64,000 bases of DNA, taken from the NCBI GenBank assembly GCA_024137785.1, contig JAHRHZ010000012.1, positions 62,520,854-62,584,853 on the forward strand. The letters run 5' to 3'. Shown piece by piece: positions 24,976-37,290 of the stretch. The notes beneath the pieces were generated by a model that did not search any database, was not told where the DNA came from, and saw only the letters and a program-made list of their open reading frames with translations. Origin of the DNA: Ginglymostoma cirratum. Taxonomy: Eukaryota. How positions within the stretch are numbered: position 1 is the first letter of the stretch; every line of letters begins with the position of its first letter. The position numbers and the translations under genes were made by a program.

Positions 24976-25793
24976 TTTATAATCCTGATATTTTAACAAC
25001 CCCTACCAATCCTGCTAGGAGTTGAGTTAAAATTCAGACCACAGGGTTGCACCATTCCATGATTCTCCGCCATGTGACTATTTATCCAACATCCAACTGT
25101 GAATGATTCGTAGCTTTATCCAGTTCATCAGAATTAAAACCAAAACCATTGCTACTGGCGCCAGCCACCGATTTTGCTCCCTACCTTTTATTCCATTTCT
25201 CTCCTTAGCCATTGTCTCAAGCTGAAAAGAACACTAGAATTTTGTCAATCTGTTCTTTTCCCTTTTTTTCTTTATTTTATCTCCCCATTTTCTTGTCATT
25301 ACCCTCAAACAATTTTTTTTTAGTTTCTCTCTGAGCTCCCTCACATTTTCTCAATGCAGTCTCCTGCACCCTTATCCTACGAAGTGCTGACCAATCAATT
25401 TCCCTTCTGACCTAATGTTAACAGACATTGTTGATGGTTCTCTGTCCTTAGGCGCTGTTCACCTCCTTAAAACCTGCCATCATCACTCTTAAAACCTGCC
25501 ATTGTCATACCTCTCAATTAACTCTGGCCTCACTGGTGAGCTAAAGATACCAAACAGCTGCCCACTGCAATTCATCAATTGTATCAAAGATCGGCAAATG
25601 AACTTCATAGCTAACTGCCAGGATAAAAGTCAAGTAGTGACAATGATAATCAACAGAATAAACAGTCTGTACCTTTCCCTTAAAAGAGCTCAATGTAATT
25701 TTATGATGTGGAGGAGCCCATGTTAGACTGGGGTGGACAAGGTTAGATATCACACGACACTGGGTTATAGTCCAATGAGTTTATTTGAAAACA

Positions 25794-25823
25794 CAAGCTT
25801 TCAGAGCCTTGCTCCTTCTTCAG
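25794..25823 (-). ncRNA. Minimal hammerhead motif, family B
   Basis: CTGAAGA-A-GGAGC-aag-GCTCT-GAAA-GCTT (palindrome AAGCTT). Confidence 0.65.
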
Positions 25824-25987
25824 GTGTTAGTGAGGTGGTATCGGGCACATAATTTATAAGTAAGAGATCAAAGGGTCACACCACTGATGAGGATGTATTA
25901 AACAAACCTAAGATGCTGTCTCTCCCACATTCTCTCTCCCACACACATTCTTTCTCTCTCTCTCCCTTCCCCCTCACCACACGCACA

Positions 25988-26116
25988 NNNNNNNNNNNNN
26001 NNNNNNNNNNNNNNNNNNNNNNNNNNNNNNNNNNNNNNNNNNNNNNNNNNNNNNNNNNNNNNNNNNNNNNNNNNNNNNNNNNNNNNNNNNNNNNNNNNNN
26101 NNNNNNNNNNNNNNNN
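25988..26116. other. Assembly gap (129 N)
   Basis: Run of N next to (ct/ca) low-complexity sequence. Confidence 1.
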
Positions 26117-26538
26117 ATCTATGGGGTGAATTTGTATTTGCAGATATATCTATATTGTTCAAAAAGCAATTTATGGACAGTCAGTTTATGTGGCATTTTA
26201 TAAATTCCTTTTTGAGGAATAAAATCAGTCTGACTCCAAAACAAAACACAAACACTATCTAAACAAGGCCTCACACCCAACGTGCATTGTCTGACCTAAA
26301 ATGTCACCTCTTCTTTACACTTATAAAACCCTTAGTTCTCTCAGGACAGTGACTTGAAAGGAATTCGGAGATTTACATATACATATTAATCGGTGAAAAT
26401 CTTCTAACTGATTAAAGATTTAATAGCATCGTAGGTTTGTTTAATCCTCATCAATAGTGTGACCCTTGATCTTTTACTTACAAATTCTGTGTTTGATACT
26501 ACTTCTCTCATTAACACTTAAAGAAGGTCATGGTGCGG

Positions 26539-26648
26539 ACAAGCATGGGGCTAGATGAACACAGCAGGTCAAGCAGCATCATAGGAGCAGGAAAACTGCT
26601 CCTATGATGCTGCTTGGCCTGCTGTGTTCATCCAGCCCCATGCTTGTT
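26539..26648. repeat. Near-perfect ~52-bp-arm hairpin (Penelope family A pLTR)
   Basis: acaagcatggggctagatg...ggagcag-gaaaa-ctgctcc...catccagccccatgcttgt. Confidence 0.9.
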
Positions 26649-27634
26649 ATCTCGGATTCTCCAGCATCTGCAGTACTTTTTATCTCATGGTGCGGACATG
26701 CTGGTCTTGGACTAGGGTGGAGCAAGGTTCTGAAAGCTTGCCTTTTCAAATGAACCTGTTGGACTGTAACCCGGCGTTGTGTGATTTCTGACAATGTAAT
26801 TTCACAGCAGTGTTATGTTCAGGAGATAATGTAGTTTCTTACTTGCCACATACCTTTCCAGCTATATTGATATTGTTTGTGACATAGTACATTAACCTTT
26901 TAGGCTCTGGAAGTTATAACATGCACCCCCTGCAAAGTCTGGGAACATCATAAAAAAATATATTTTATTACCACTTGCAATTCAACAGAATTCCAATTAC
27001 CTATCTTTAAAATACACAGTTTTTTTTCATTTTTACGCTCTGCTTTTTAAAAAGCAATGGTTCTTGTATGTTTACAGCACAGCACTCGCTTTAACTATGG
27101 ATGAGATGAGACAGGAGGGAATGGGATACGTGCATCCACACTTTCCTGTGAAACAATGGAATTGGATTCTGGTTTGGAATTTATCCAAATTCCACTCCAA
27201 CCTATTTTCTGGACACACTGTAGCTTATTACAATTGCCTGACTACCAACTGACCTAACACTCATCAAAAGTCGAAATAGATGACTTCCTGGTCGGCATAC
27301 TGGTTCCGGGTCTCCCCGTACCTCGAATTTAAAACATTCCTCTTTGTGATTAAATTCCAACCTTTTGTAAACTGTTTCTATTTTTACACATATCTTCAGC
27401 AACATTTGCCTGTAGCAAGGAGAAATTGAAATGTTCTTTATGGGTGTTCCTTCTGGGTGGTCGAATGACAACATTGGTTCCATTGCTTAACCCATGATAT
27501 TTTTTTCTGCTAACCAGATGAATGAAGAAGTTGGAAACCAATCAGTTTTCAGGTATGCTCCATGATATTTTTATGTCAGCCATGCCTCAACTGTAGCTCA
27601 CTCAACATCCAAGGCAGATTAAAACTGAACACAC

Positions 27635-27830
27635 AATCTCAGTTGATCTTGCAGTACTGAATGGAGACAGAGTTGCACTGTTGGAAGTGCTGTATTCTTT
27701 GGAGGAGATGCAATGTTAAACTTTTGCTCTCCTGTGTACATAAAAGATTCCATCTCATATGTCAAAGAATAACAGGGGAGATCTCCCCAGTGTCTTAATG
27801 AATGTTTATCATTCAAGAAACATCAGAAGT
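27635..27830 (+). mobile_element. DeuSINE-like (SacSINE1/AmnSINE1-type) remnant
   Basis: gcactgttggaagtgctg...aaaagattccat...aggggagatctccccagtgtc Deu-domain-like. Confidence 0.5.
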
Positions 27831-28579
27831 GAACAGAATCCAAAAATCCATGCTTGTTTGTTGACTGAGTTCCAGGTTGACAAGTGCTGGGGGAAGCATA
27901 AATTCTTGATCCTACCCCATCCCCCATAATGGACAATTAAAGCGTTTGGAGAGCTCACTAAGCCTGTTGAGAATCTCAGGGGACGGCCCAGGCTGTCTGG
28001 TGCAAACCAAATGAAAGGAAATGGGTACAGACTGGGAAGTCAGAAATGGTTACCCAGGGATTTCCCCTGGAGACATAAACATTTCAATGGCACAGCAATA
28101 GACGTGGAGATTGGTATCCTGGTGCCCTCGGTGCTGCCATGGTATCAGGCATCGCTGGGGCAGAAAAGTAGCTGAAAGCTGCCAAGGATAAATGGGCAAT
28201 CAACTGATCAGAAAGAAAGCATGATTTGGCAATGGGAACATGATGCTTGGATTTTGTGTCCAGTAGTGATGAGTGCAGATTGTCCAGAGGAAGGGCAGAG
28301 CCGATGATGATAGGAGCTGAGGAGACAGGAACAAGTGGTTTGTTGGTCATTAATGCAAAACCTTCCACATTGGATTCACTAGAAGGAGACTAAGAACCAG
28401 GGAAGCTGGGGATTACACTTCTCTATGCAGGCATCAGTATCCTCACAGCACTGATTGCCATAGAGTCATAGAGATGTACAGCAGAGAAACAGACCCTTTG
28501 TGTTATGTTGCAGATGGCTGCACACCAGTGCATCCTGCAGGTCACCTCAGTGACCTATTAACAGGCGTAGTTTTCATTT

Positions 28580-29530
28580 CCCAATAGATGAGGCATCGGA
28601 GGAACAGACACAAAGATAGGTGGCAAGGCAGATTGAGAGAGGGATACAGGCAGATTACAGAGAGATATTGATAGGTTAAGTAAAAGGCAAACAGTTGGCA
28701 AATGGAGTATAACGTGGGAAAAAGCAATGTTGTTAATTTTGGAAGGGAGAACAAAAGAAACGAATATTATTTCAAAGGAGAAAATCTGCAGAAAGCTGTA
28801 CTACAAAGGGACTTGGGGTGCAATTGTACATGAAACACAGCAAACTAGCAGCCAGATAATCAGGAAGGCTAATGGAATGTTGTCCTTATTTCAAGGGCAT
28901 TGGAGTATAAGAGTAGGGAAGTCTGACTGCAATTGTACAAGGTGCTGGTAAGATCACATCTGGAGTACTGTGCGCAGTTTTGGTCCTCTTATTTCTGGAA
29001 AGATGTCATTTTATTGGAGCCTGTTCAGAGAAAGTTCACTAGGATGATCCCTGGTATGGAGGGATGGTCTTATGAGCACAGGTTAAACAGGTTGGGACTC
29101 TACTCATTGGAGTTGGAAGAATGAGAGGCGATATCATTGGAACATATAGGATTCTTAAGGGGTTTGACATGGTAAATGCTGAGAGGATGTCTCCCCTCAT
29201 GGGAGGGTCGAGGACCAGAGGGCATAGTCTCAGAATAAAGGGATTCTAATTTAAGACTGAGATGAGAACGAGTTTCTTCTCTCAGAGGGTAGTGAATTTT
29301 TGGAAGCTCTCCTTGCCACAGAGAGCTATAGGGGCAAAGTCCTTACATACAATTAAGGGTGAGATAGATAGATTCTTGATCAATAGAGGAATCAAAGGAT
29401 ATGTGGAAATTGCAGGAAAGTGGAAATGAAGAACATTGGATTAGCTCATGATCCTATTGAATGGTGGAGGAGGCTCAAGGTTGAAGGGACTACTCATGTT
29501 CCTGTTTCATCTGGTCTTTTGGTCTTATGG
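28580..29530 (+). mobile_element. CR1 LINE RT to 3' end
   Basis: LQRDIDRL, WQMEYNVGK, LYKVLVRSHLEYCAQFWS, RKFTRMIPGM. Confidence 0.92.
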
Positions 29531-29705
29531 TCTAGGAAATAGGGTTTTGCTGCCATTGCTGGATTCTGTCAGGTGCAGGGCTTATTATGGTCATCAAAGT
29601 GTCTGGTGACTTTTTGACCAATGAGATCAGTCAACAGGAAAGGTTTCCACTGCTTCACTATACAACGGGTCTGTGACCAGAACAAGAGTTTGCTCAAAGT
29701 GACTC

Positions 29706-30220
29706 AGAGATAGTAAGAACTGCCAATGCTGGAGTCAGAGATAACACAGTGTGGAGCTGGAGGAACACAACGGGCCAGGTAGCAACAGAGGAGCAGGAAA
29801 GCTGACATTTCGGGTCGGGACACTTCTTCAGAAAAGGGGAGGGGAAAGGGAGCTGGGAAATGAATAGAGAGAGGAGTGGTGGGGCTGGGGAAGGCAGGTG
29901 GGATGGTGATTGGTGAGTACAGGTAGGCAGTAGTGGGGATTGGTCAGTGAGGTGGGAGGAGTGGATAGGTGGGAGAGAAGACGGACAGGTCAGGAGGTGG
30001 GGATGAGAGGGAGGGTTGGTCATGGGATGAGGCCGGGGGTGGGGAGATTTTGAAGCTAGTAAAGTCTACATTGGGTTGTAGGCTTCCAAGGAGGAATATA
30101 AGGTGCTGCTCCTCCAGTTTCCGGGTGGCGTCGTTGTGACACTGGAGGAGGCCCAGGATGGACATGCCGTCCAGGGAGTGGGAGGGGTAGTTGAAGTGGT
30201 TCGTGACTGGAAGGTGTGAC
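29706..30220 (-). mobile_element. 5'-truncated Penelope family A copy (hammerhead at 29804-29831)
   Basis: HLPVTNHFN..MSILGLLQC..RKLEEQHLIF.LGSLQP; CTGAAGA-A-GTGTC-cc-GACCC-GAAA-TGTC. Confidence 0.88.
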
Positions 30221-30381
30221 TGCATGATTTTATAAACTTTGATAAGGTCACCCTTCAAGCTCCAACACCCCTTTGACCTAACGTTTGGCCCTCGCTGTGG
30301 ATGAAGCATTATCTTGACTGTGAATGACCCGATAATTCCTTTCACCACCTCATATCATTTTCCTTATCATGTCTGTAATAA

Positions 30382-30670
30382 GGTCTGACACATGCTCAGG
30401 GACAGTCAGACGGCATTACTGTCACTCTCTCAGAAATGAGAAGGTACCCTCAGCACTCAGCCTCACCTACAACATACTCACTTTGTGACCACAGAGGAGC
30501 TCCAGGCAGTCTGCTCTCTGGTCTCTGCTTGCAGCTTCGATACATGTGACTGTGGTCCTCATCATGGAGGAGCCCATAGAGAATCACACAGTCTGCTACA
30601 TTTACACCACTGCAGAGGCAGCCTCTGTCACATGACCCTGCAGCATCCTCTGAGGAGCCGAGCAGCCGGA
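30382..30670 (+). pseudogene. Highly decayed PIF/Harbinger (DDE_Tnp_4-like) transposase remnant
   Basis: GLTHAQGQSDGITVTL ~ GFP.VQGAIDGTHV; CDH..LQAVCSL; MT.LQHP, in the expected order with frameshifts. Confidence 0.4.
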
Positions 30671-30969
30671 GAATGGCAATGGTGCCCAAGCTTGTGATTT
30701 CACTGCCTGTTGATGTGGGCTGAGGGCTATCATGATAGGATTTGTTCTGCATGATATATTTCACACCTATCACTATCACAAAGTATGCCTTCCAGTGACT
30801 GTGTAATTGACAGCTCCAAATATCTATAAACTATTTGAACTGGGGCTATGAATACAAATGCTTCTTTTAAAAGGGAATTAAGCAGTTGAACTTAAATGTA
30901 GTGAACATTATTTTAGCAAAGAGAGTCATGTTTTAAAATAGCGCATTCATCAACATTCATGACTTTTCC

Positions 30970-31830
30970 TACTCATTCACGGAATCCTTTCCTGTTAAAT
31001 TACTGCATTTATTGCCCATCCCAGTTAGCTTTAAGGAGGTGGGGAGTTGCCTTTTGGAAACATTACATTTCATGGAGGGTAGGTACAGCCATAGTGTTAT
31101 TAGGAAGGGATTATGATGTAGGAACAGCTATCTAGACCCAAGTCAGGACGCTGTGCGGATTGGATGGGAAGTTGCAGGTGACAGTGCTCCCACACATTTG
31201 CTACCCTTGTCTTTATAGGTGGTAGAGTTCGTGGGTTTGGAAGGTCAAAGTGGCGTGAGGAATCACAAATGGTGCTGAACATTGTGCAATCATCAGTAGA
31301 CATTCCCACTTTTGAACTAACGTTATAAGGACATTCATTGATGGAGCAGCTGAAGATGGTGGAGTCAAAGACCCTCGCCTGAGAAAATGCTGCAGTGATT
31401 TCATGATTGGTCACAAAAAAATGACGACTATCTCACAGAGTGTGAGGTATGGCCCCAATTAGTGGAGAGTTTTCCCCCGGATTCCCATTGACTCCAGTTT
31501 TAACTAAGCTCCCTGACGCCACACTCGGTCAAATGCTGCTTTGAGATCAAGTATGGTCACTCTCACCTCACTCTAGATTTCACCTCCACTGCCCATGTTT
31601 GGAGCAAGGCTGTAAGGAGATCAGGAGTTGAATGGCCTTGGCAGAATCCAAACTGAACACCAGTAAGCAGGTTATTTCTGGCCAAATATTTGATAACACT
31701 GTCAAGTTGTTGATGATTTGATATGGCTGTAACTGACAGATTGGATTAGCCTTGCTTTTTGTGGGCAGGATATAAATGGGCAAAGTTCCACATTACCAGG
31801 TAAATGCCAGTGTTGTAGCTGTATTGTAAA
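30970..31830 (-). mobile_element. LINE family B fragments
   Basis: Minus-strand VGMSTDDCTMFSTI (RT catalytic FADD-like), GFCQG, ccttacagccttgctccaaacatgg; 3' tail near 30970-31060. Confidence 0.72.
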
Positions 31831-32619
31831 AAAATTAGATCATTATCTTATTTAGTCTAGGCGTGGATTCATGTGGATACTGGATAAGTAAGTGTGCAGT
31901 TGGCTAAAGGCAAAGTAGGGAAGATGAGTCACCCTGAATGGGCACTTATTTGGCACAGGAGGCTATAAAGGGCCATTGGTAGACATGCATTGGTTAACAT
32001 AGGGGCAAAAATAGGCAATGGATGTTGATAAGAGGGCATAGATTGGCATGGAAGGCACGTGGGGACACGTGGGTAGGTGGAGGAGAATAAATTGGCACAG
32101 AGAATATGAGGAACCATGGGGAGTGGATAGGGAGCATGACACAGCATGGGTTGATGGGGCATGGAGTAAGTGTGTGGGGCTGAGGGCTGGCTTTTGGTTT
32201 TATTGTTTTATTAACAGCTTTAATGAAGAGTCGGAGTACAAAGACAGGCCTTTTAAAGGGGCCGGCTCTACATCAACAGCCCTTGTGGCTACCCCCTAAC
32301 TATGTTTGGTGGTGGTGGTGGACCTGACTCCAGTCATCATCCTTTTCCCTGGAAGGAAAACCTGACAAGTCAAAGCACTTTCTTCTGTGTTGCTTTTGTG
32401 TAGCTGGGATTTTGCCCAATTTGCATTGCCAATGCAAGGGCAAAAATTAAGGCTGCCGTCTGTTCACTAACACACACCGTTATTTAAATGATTCAACAAA
32501 ACTATTCCTTAGCACAATTAACCTTGTATATCATAAAGATAGACCAAAACAGTACGCATACAACAGACCTTCTTCTGTAAATGTGCCCCTTTAGGCAGAA
32601 GCTCACTGACTCACAACAT

Positions 32620-32730
32620 AGACTGCAGCGGTTCAAGAAAGTAGCTCACCACCACCTTCTCAAGTGCAATTAGGGACAGACAATAAATGATGTCCTATCC
32701 CAAGTCCAATGAAAAAGTAAGTGAAGAAAA
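32620..32730 (+). mobile_element. LINE family B 3' tail
   Basis: gactgcagcggttcaagaaagtagctcaccaccaccttctcaag..caattaggga. Confidence 0.7.
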
Positions 32731-33549
32731 ATGCCACTATCTGACTCCAGTCAATCTCACCAGCTGGACCTAGTCCAGCAACTCCTGGCTACAAAGCTCA
32801 TTCACTGAGCATTGCCTGATGATTATACCCCAATGTAAATCAGCAACCGAATTTCTCTGACTTCTATACTGTCACTCGCAGGGATTGCAACCAATCAATG
32901 ACTGTATCTTCTCGAAAGGTCTTGTGTACAGCTGTCAATATTGCTGGGGAGTTTGAGTTCTAAACTTTCATCTGTCACTCAGGGCCTAGTGAACACCCAT
33001 GTGGAGTTTGAGAAAGGAAAGCATGCAATACACCTTGCAGGATTAAAAGCAAACAGGTGACCATTCTAAACTAGTGAATGTATGCAATTTCTGACAATGG
33101 TTTATGTTATTGACAGTGAATGTGAATGCTCTGGCCACTTAACACCAGTCTCCAGCCTTTTTCAGGAAACAAACTGAAGCCACCACCCCCATCACTCCCC
33201 CCACCCCCACGTTTGGAAATACCCTGTGGGATATTGTTTTAACCCCATGTATGCTGATTAGAGCAAATACAAAATTTAACTTCAAAATTTCAACCGATAA
33301 ATTTGTTTTTATCCCAGTGAGGAACTTAAGAAAGGTGTGAACTTTGTAAATAGCGTGAATCAGGTGATGAATGGAGAAAAGATGGAGAAAATATTATAAA
33401 ATGAAGATCAAAAATTGGCTAGACTCATAGAATTGTGGAATTGTTACAGCACAAAAGGAAATGATTCAGCCTAGAGTAGTACACTGGATTTAGTAAAACT
33501 AGCATAAATCTCAATTTGCCTCTGACGCACTGCTACCCAGGATAAAAGT

Positions 33550-33833
33550 GGGTGGCACAGTGGCTCACAGCGCCAGGGACCTGGGTTCAATTCCACTCTT
33601 GGGCAACTGTCTGTGTGGAATTTGTACATTCACCCTGAGTCTGCACAGGTTTCCTCCCACAGTCCAAAGATGTGCAGATTAGGTGGATTGGCCATTCTAA
33701 ATTGCCCATAGTCTCCAGGGATGTGTAAATTATGTGGATTAGCCATGGGAAATACAGGACTACAGGGATAAAATAGAGGGGTGGGTCTGGGTGGACTCAC
33801 TGGCATGCTTCCACGCTGTAGGGATTCTATGAA
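33550..33833 (+). mobile_element. HE1-type V-SINE
   Basis: ggcacagtggctcacagcgccagggacctgggttcaattcc; V-domain; gggattctatga tail. Confidence 0.9.
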
Positions 33834-33967
33834 AAGTAAACAACACCAATGTTTCTTCAGTAAAAATTAGAGAGAAATACTATTGACTGTAACAAACTTT
33901 AACAAGAATAGTAAAAGAACAGCATTTCACGTGTATGTGACTTAAATTTTACTGCTTTTACAAACAG

Positions 33968-33998
33968 ACGCACGCACACACACACACACACACACACA
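33968..33998. repeat. (CA)n microsatellite
   Basis: cgcacgcacacacacacacacacacacacac. Confidence 0.9.
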
Positions 33999-34525
33999 TG
34001 CATTGCAGGATATACCAACACCTTGCATTGAAAGACAGCAGCTAGGCCACTGTGCGTATAGAGAGGAACTATACTGCAGCTCAGGGATGAGCACTTGCTG
34101 CACTAGCATTCATTCTGTAAGCACCTACTTGCTTGCTCACAGCATCCTTGCTTTGCCTTCATAGGAGATAATGAGCCTGATTCTGCGCACCTAGCATTTC
34201 ACCATCCAGTCTCTCTCTGCCCTATTATGGGCTGTCTTCTCCTGCAATGAGATTGGGGGTGTGGTGGTATAAATGAAAGGACAATGAGTGGCATGGCAGT
34301 CGTGCTGATGCATATGGAGCAAAGGTGGTGAGGTGGAGCAAAGGACTGAGGAGGCAGCACAGCCAGCATGTAAGGTCAGTGATGTGGGAGGCTGAGAGGG
34401 AGAATAAATGTGGGAAAACATTGGAGGCAATAGTGTGAGCGACACAGCAAGACTCATGCTGGGAGATGTATGTAATCGCAGAGATAGAGTGAGTATGATG
34501 TGACAGAGAAGAGTGTAGCACTTAC

Positions 34526-34726
34526 CCAGATAGATGAAGAAGTTCATTGACCATTTTGTAGCACCTGATGGCAATTCCTCTGCGCCCTGGGAATGGCATC
34601 GACTCAGACCAGACTTTCAGTGTCTTCCTCAGGGAAGGGTACAGCTATCCTCTGCATCACCACGTCTGCCAGGACCCACAGGCCCCGATAAGTGCATTAC
34701 AATGCCATCTTCCCCTTCTCTGACAT
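34526..34726 (-). pseudogene. Decayed Harbinger-type Myb/SANT-like DNA-binding ORF exon
   Basis: MSEKGKMAL*CTYRGLWVLADVVMQRIAVPFP...AIRCYKMVNEL then GTAAGT donor; matches APRF.D.DLEVL.D.V..R..VLFP...QCRKK.NDL pattern. Confidence 0.55.
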
Positions 34727-35689
34727 ATTCAGATTCTGCCCATTAATGAGCAGGGCAGCTTCAGAGTGCCAATGCGAGTTAGGTGCACTGCGGCAATTTA
34801 AAGATGGCACAGACACAAGGGACACTAGTGTTTCGGCAGAATTTTGCCAAGTGGCAAGATGTTCTGGGAAGGGCATGAAGTAAGATGGGACAGAAATCAG
34901 ATGTGAGAGATGTAATAGTAGCAGAGTAGGCAATTAATACAGTGGGTTTAGTCTGATAAGGCAAGAGAATTTGCTAGGCTTTGCAAAAACCCTCCAAAAA
35001 AATTGATGCAACTTGTATTGAGCCAAAGAAGCATAAGATTCAGCCTAATGTCCCCAAAAAGTAACATTGTTTCACCTAAACACTGGCTTCACATGTTTTC
35101 ATAAAGCTGCAAAAAGAACTCCTTCTACTTTCTCTTATTTTTAAAGCAGTGCCGAATTTTGTCATTTTCAGTCCTTTGTCCAAGGAAAATAAAAAGATGT
35201 TATCTCACAATTGTATTTGTGCTGGCTCTCTGATGAAACAATTCACCAAGTACCTTACTAATTTCTACATTAGTGCTATCTGTCTCTCCCAATCTTCCTT
35301 TCACTTTAGTGTCCATCTCTGGTGTTGCCTCCTGTGAAACTTTGCCAAGTTAGATTCAACTTTTGTCAATCGCACTGGCAAATAGCCCACAGGGTAATGT
35401 GTCCCTGCACTGTTAATGTCCAACCATGGGGGATAATAATCATTACTACTTAATTTTTTTAAAAAACTCACCGGCTCCTCACTATTTTTCTTCTATTGTC
35501 ACTTAAAGATAAGGACATTAATTGAAATGTTTTGCTTAATCCTTATTATTAAACAATATTTTTAATTTGCCAGCTCCTTAGACTAATTCCCTAACTTCAG
35601 AAAAATGAAAACAAAACCACAATACCCACCATATAATAAACTGATGACCTTTCTATCGTGCCATAACTTGATGTTTTTCTCTCTCTCAC

Positions 35690-36115
35690 TTCAATGGTCC
35701 TGATCTGTTCCACAGTGATTCAATTTTGTTTCACAGCAATACTGACTAGCTTCACTGTGATCCCAATCTACTGCACAGTGATTCCAACCTGCTTGATAGG
35801 GATCCCACCATACTTCTTGATGAGGATTCTGAGGAAGGGTCACCGGACCCAAAATGTTAACTCTGTTTTTCCCTTCACAGATGCTGCCAGACCTGTTGAG
35901 CTTTTCCCGCAACTTTGTTTTTGTTCCTGATTTACAGCATCCACACTTCTTTCAGCTTTTATTTAGTACTTCTTGGTGATCCTGATTTCTTCACAGTGAT
36001 CTTGATCTGCTTCACAGTGATTTTGCTCTGATTCCCAGTGATCCAGGTCTGCTTCGCAGCCATCCGAACCTGTGACACATTGATCCCGAATTGCTTCACA
36101 GTGATTCAACCAGTT
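35690..36115. repeat. Degenerate 21-bp minisatellite (consensus cacagtgatcctgatctgctt)
   Basis: ~13 imperfect units, interrupted by pLTR insert. Confidence 0.8.
35824..35966 (+). mobile_element. Penelope pLTR fragment with decayed hammerhead, ~13-bp TSD
   Basis: tacttcttgatga/tacttcttggtga flanks; CTGAGGA-AGGGTC-accg-GACCC-AAAATG. Confidence 0.78.
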
Positions 36116-36859
36116 CCAATAGCACTAATGCAAAGTCACTAAAGTGAAACCACATTTTGCTATTATTCATTTGAAATACCACATCAAAAGTTTAAATAGA
36201 GCACTGAGCTTGAAGGAAAGCTTTTAGGAAACATCTACTCAAAGAAACTTTAAGAATAAAGGACAGTTGTTCAGAAGTCTCATGATCATAGCATGCAATC
36301 AAATGGGAGAAGAATAATTTTAAATGCCCAGGACATATTATCTTCTTTACTGGTTTCACAAATATATAATTCTCCAGTGATTCTTGGAGTGTGCATGAAG
36401 GGATAGAAACTCTGCTGAAACGTCTTCATGTGCAGCCCGCTGGGATTCTGGAGATTCAGAGATGACAAATGTATTCACTGTTATTATCCCCGTGACACCT
36501 CAATCTGAAAGGTGGGGTTAGCAGGATTGGCACTCCTGGCTATAGATAAGAAAAGACTGTTTTGCGGCAAGCTATACAATGCTCTTAGCTCTATCTTTCC
36601 ACTATAGGTTTTTAAATCATTGTGAATAAACTCTCTAGTGATGAAAAATTGTATTTGCTCTGTATATGTGAGGTCAGCTTAAATGAATTTCCCATCAAAT
36701 TTAATTATTAAATATTAATGATGATCAGGGATTAGAGGAGGCTCAAATAGAACATTAAATATTTTCACAGACCAGCTGGGTTCAATGGTCTGTTCTCATG
36801 GTTTCGATTCTATGTAATTCTATATGAGCACAATTTACATACATATCAACAGGTAAATT

Positions 36860-37290
36860 GAAATAAAACACAGAACTGTGGTTGCTGAAGATCTGAAAAA
36901 GAAGCAAGAACAGAAATAACTGAACAAACTCAACAGGTTTGGCAGCATCTGTGATGAGAAAATGATTCAAGCTGAGTAAGCCTTCTTCTGAATTGTATAT
37001 ACAGACTGCTCTGGAGGCAAGGGAATTCTGTAAAATGAGTTCTGCAAAATTTGAAAGAATTATTATTTCTTATTTAGATTGCAAACTTTTTAAAACCAAT
37101 ATAACAATAAAAAATTTGCTTACCAGAGACTCACCAAACAGCTAGTTCCTTTCTCTGCAGTAAGGCAAAAGTCAATTACAAAAGCAAAATGTTGAAATAA
37201 AAACAGAAAGTTCTGGAGAAACTCAGAAGGTCTGACAGCATCTGTGGGGAGAGAAACTGAGTGAATGTTTTGAGTTTGATATGGCACTTC
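36860..37290 (-). mobile_element. Two Penelope pLTR fragments (36860-36992, 37180-37290); a third at 38155-38250
   Basis: aaactcagcaggtctggcagcatctg motif copies. Confidence 0.6.

Larger units (their letters stand above)
25735..26793. mobile_element. Penelope-like family B element with ~190-bp inverted termini
   Basis: 25745-25918 is the reverse complement of 26425-26527 plus 26718-26790. Confidence 0.8.

Noticed and set aside
26539-26648. miRNA precursor
   Set aside because: Hairpin is made of two inverted pLTR arms of a high-copy repeat; no known mature miRNA recognised
35690-36115. CRISPR-like array
   Set aside because: Contiguous degenerate tandem units with no unique spacers, eukaryotic context, no cas genes
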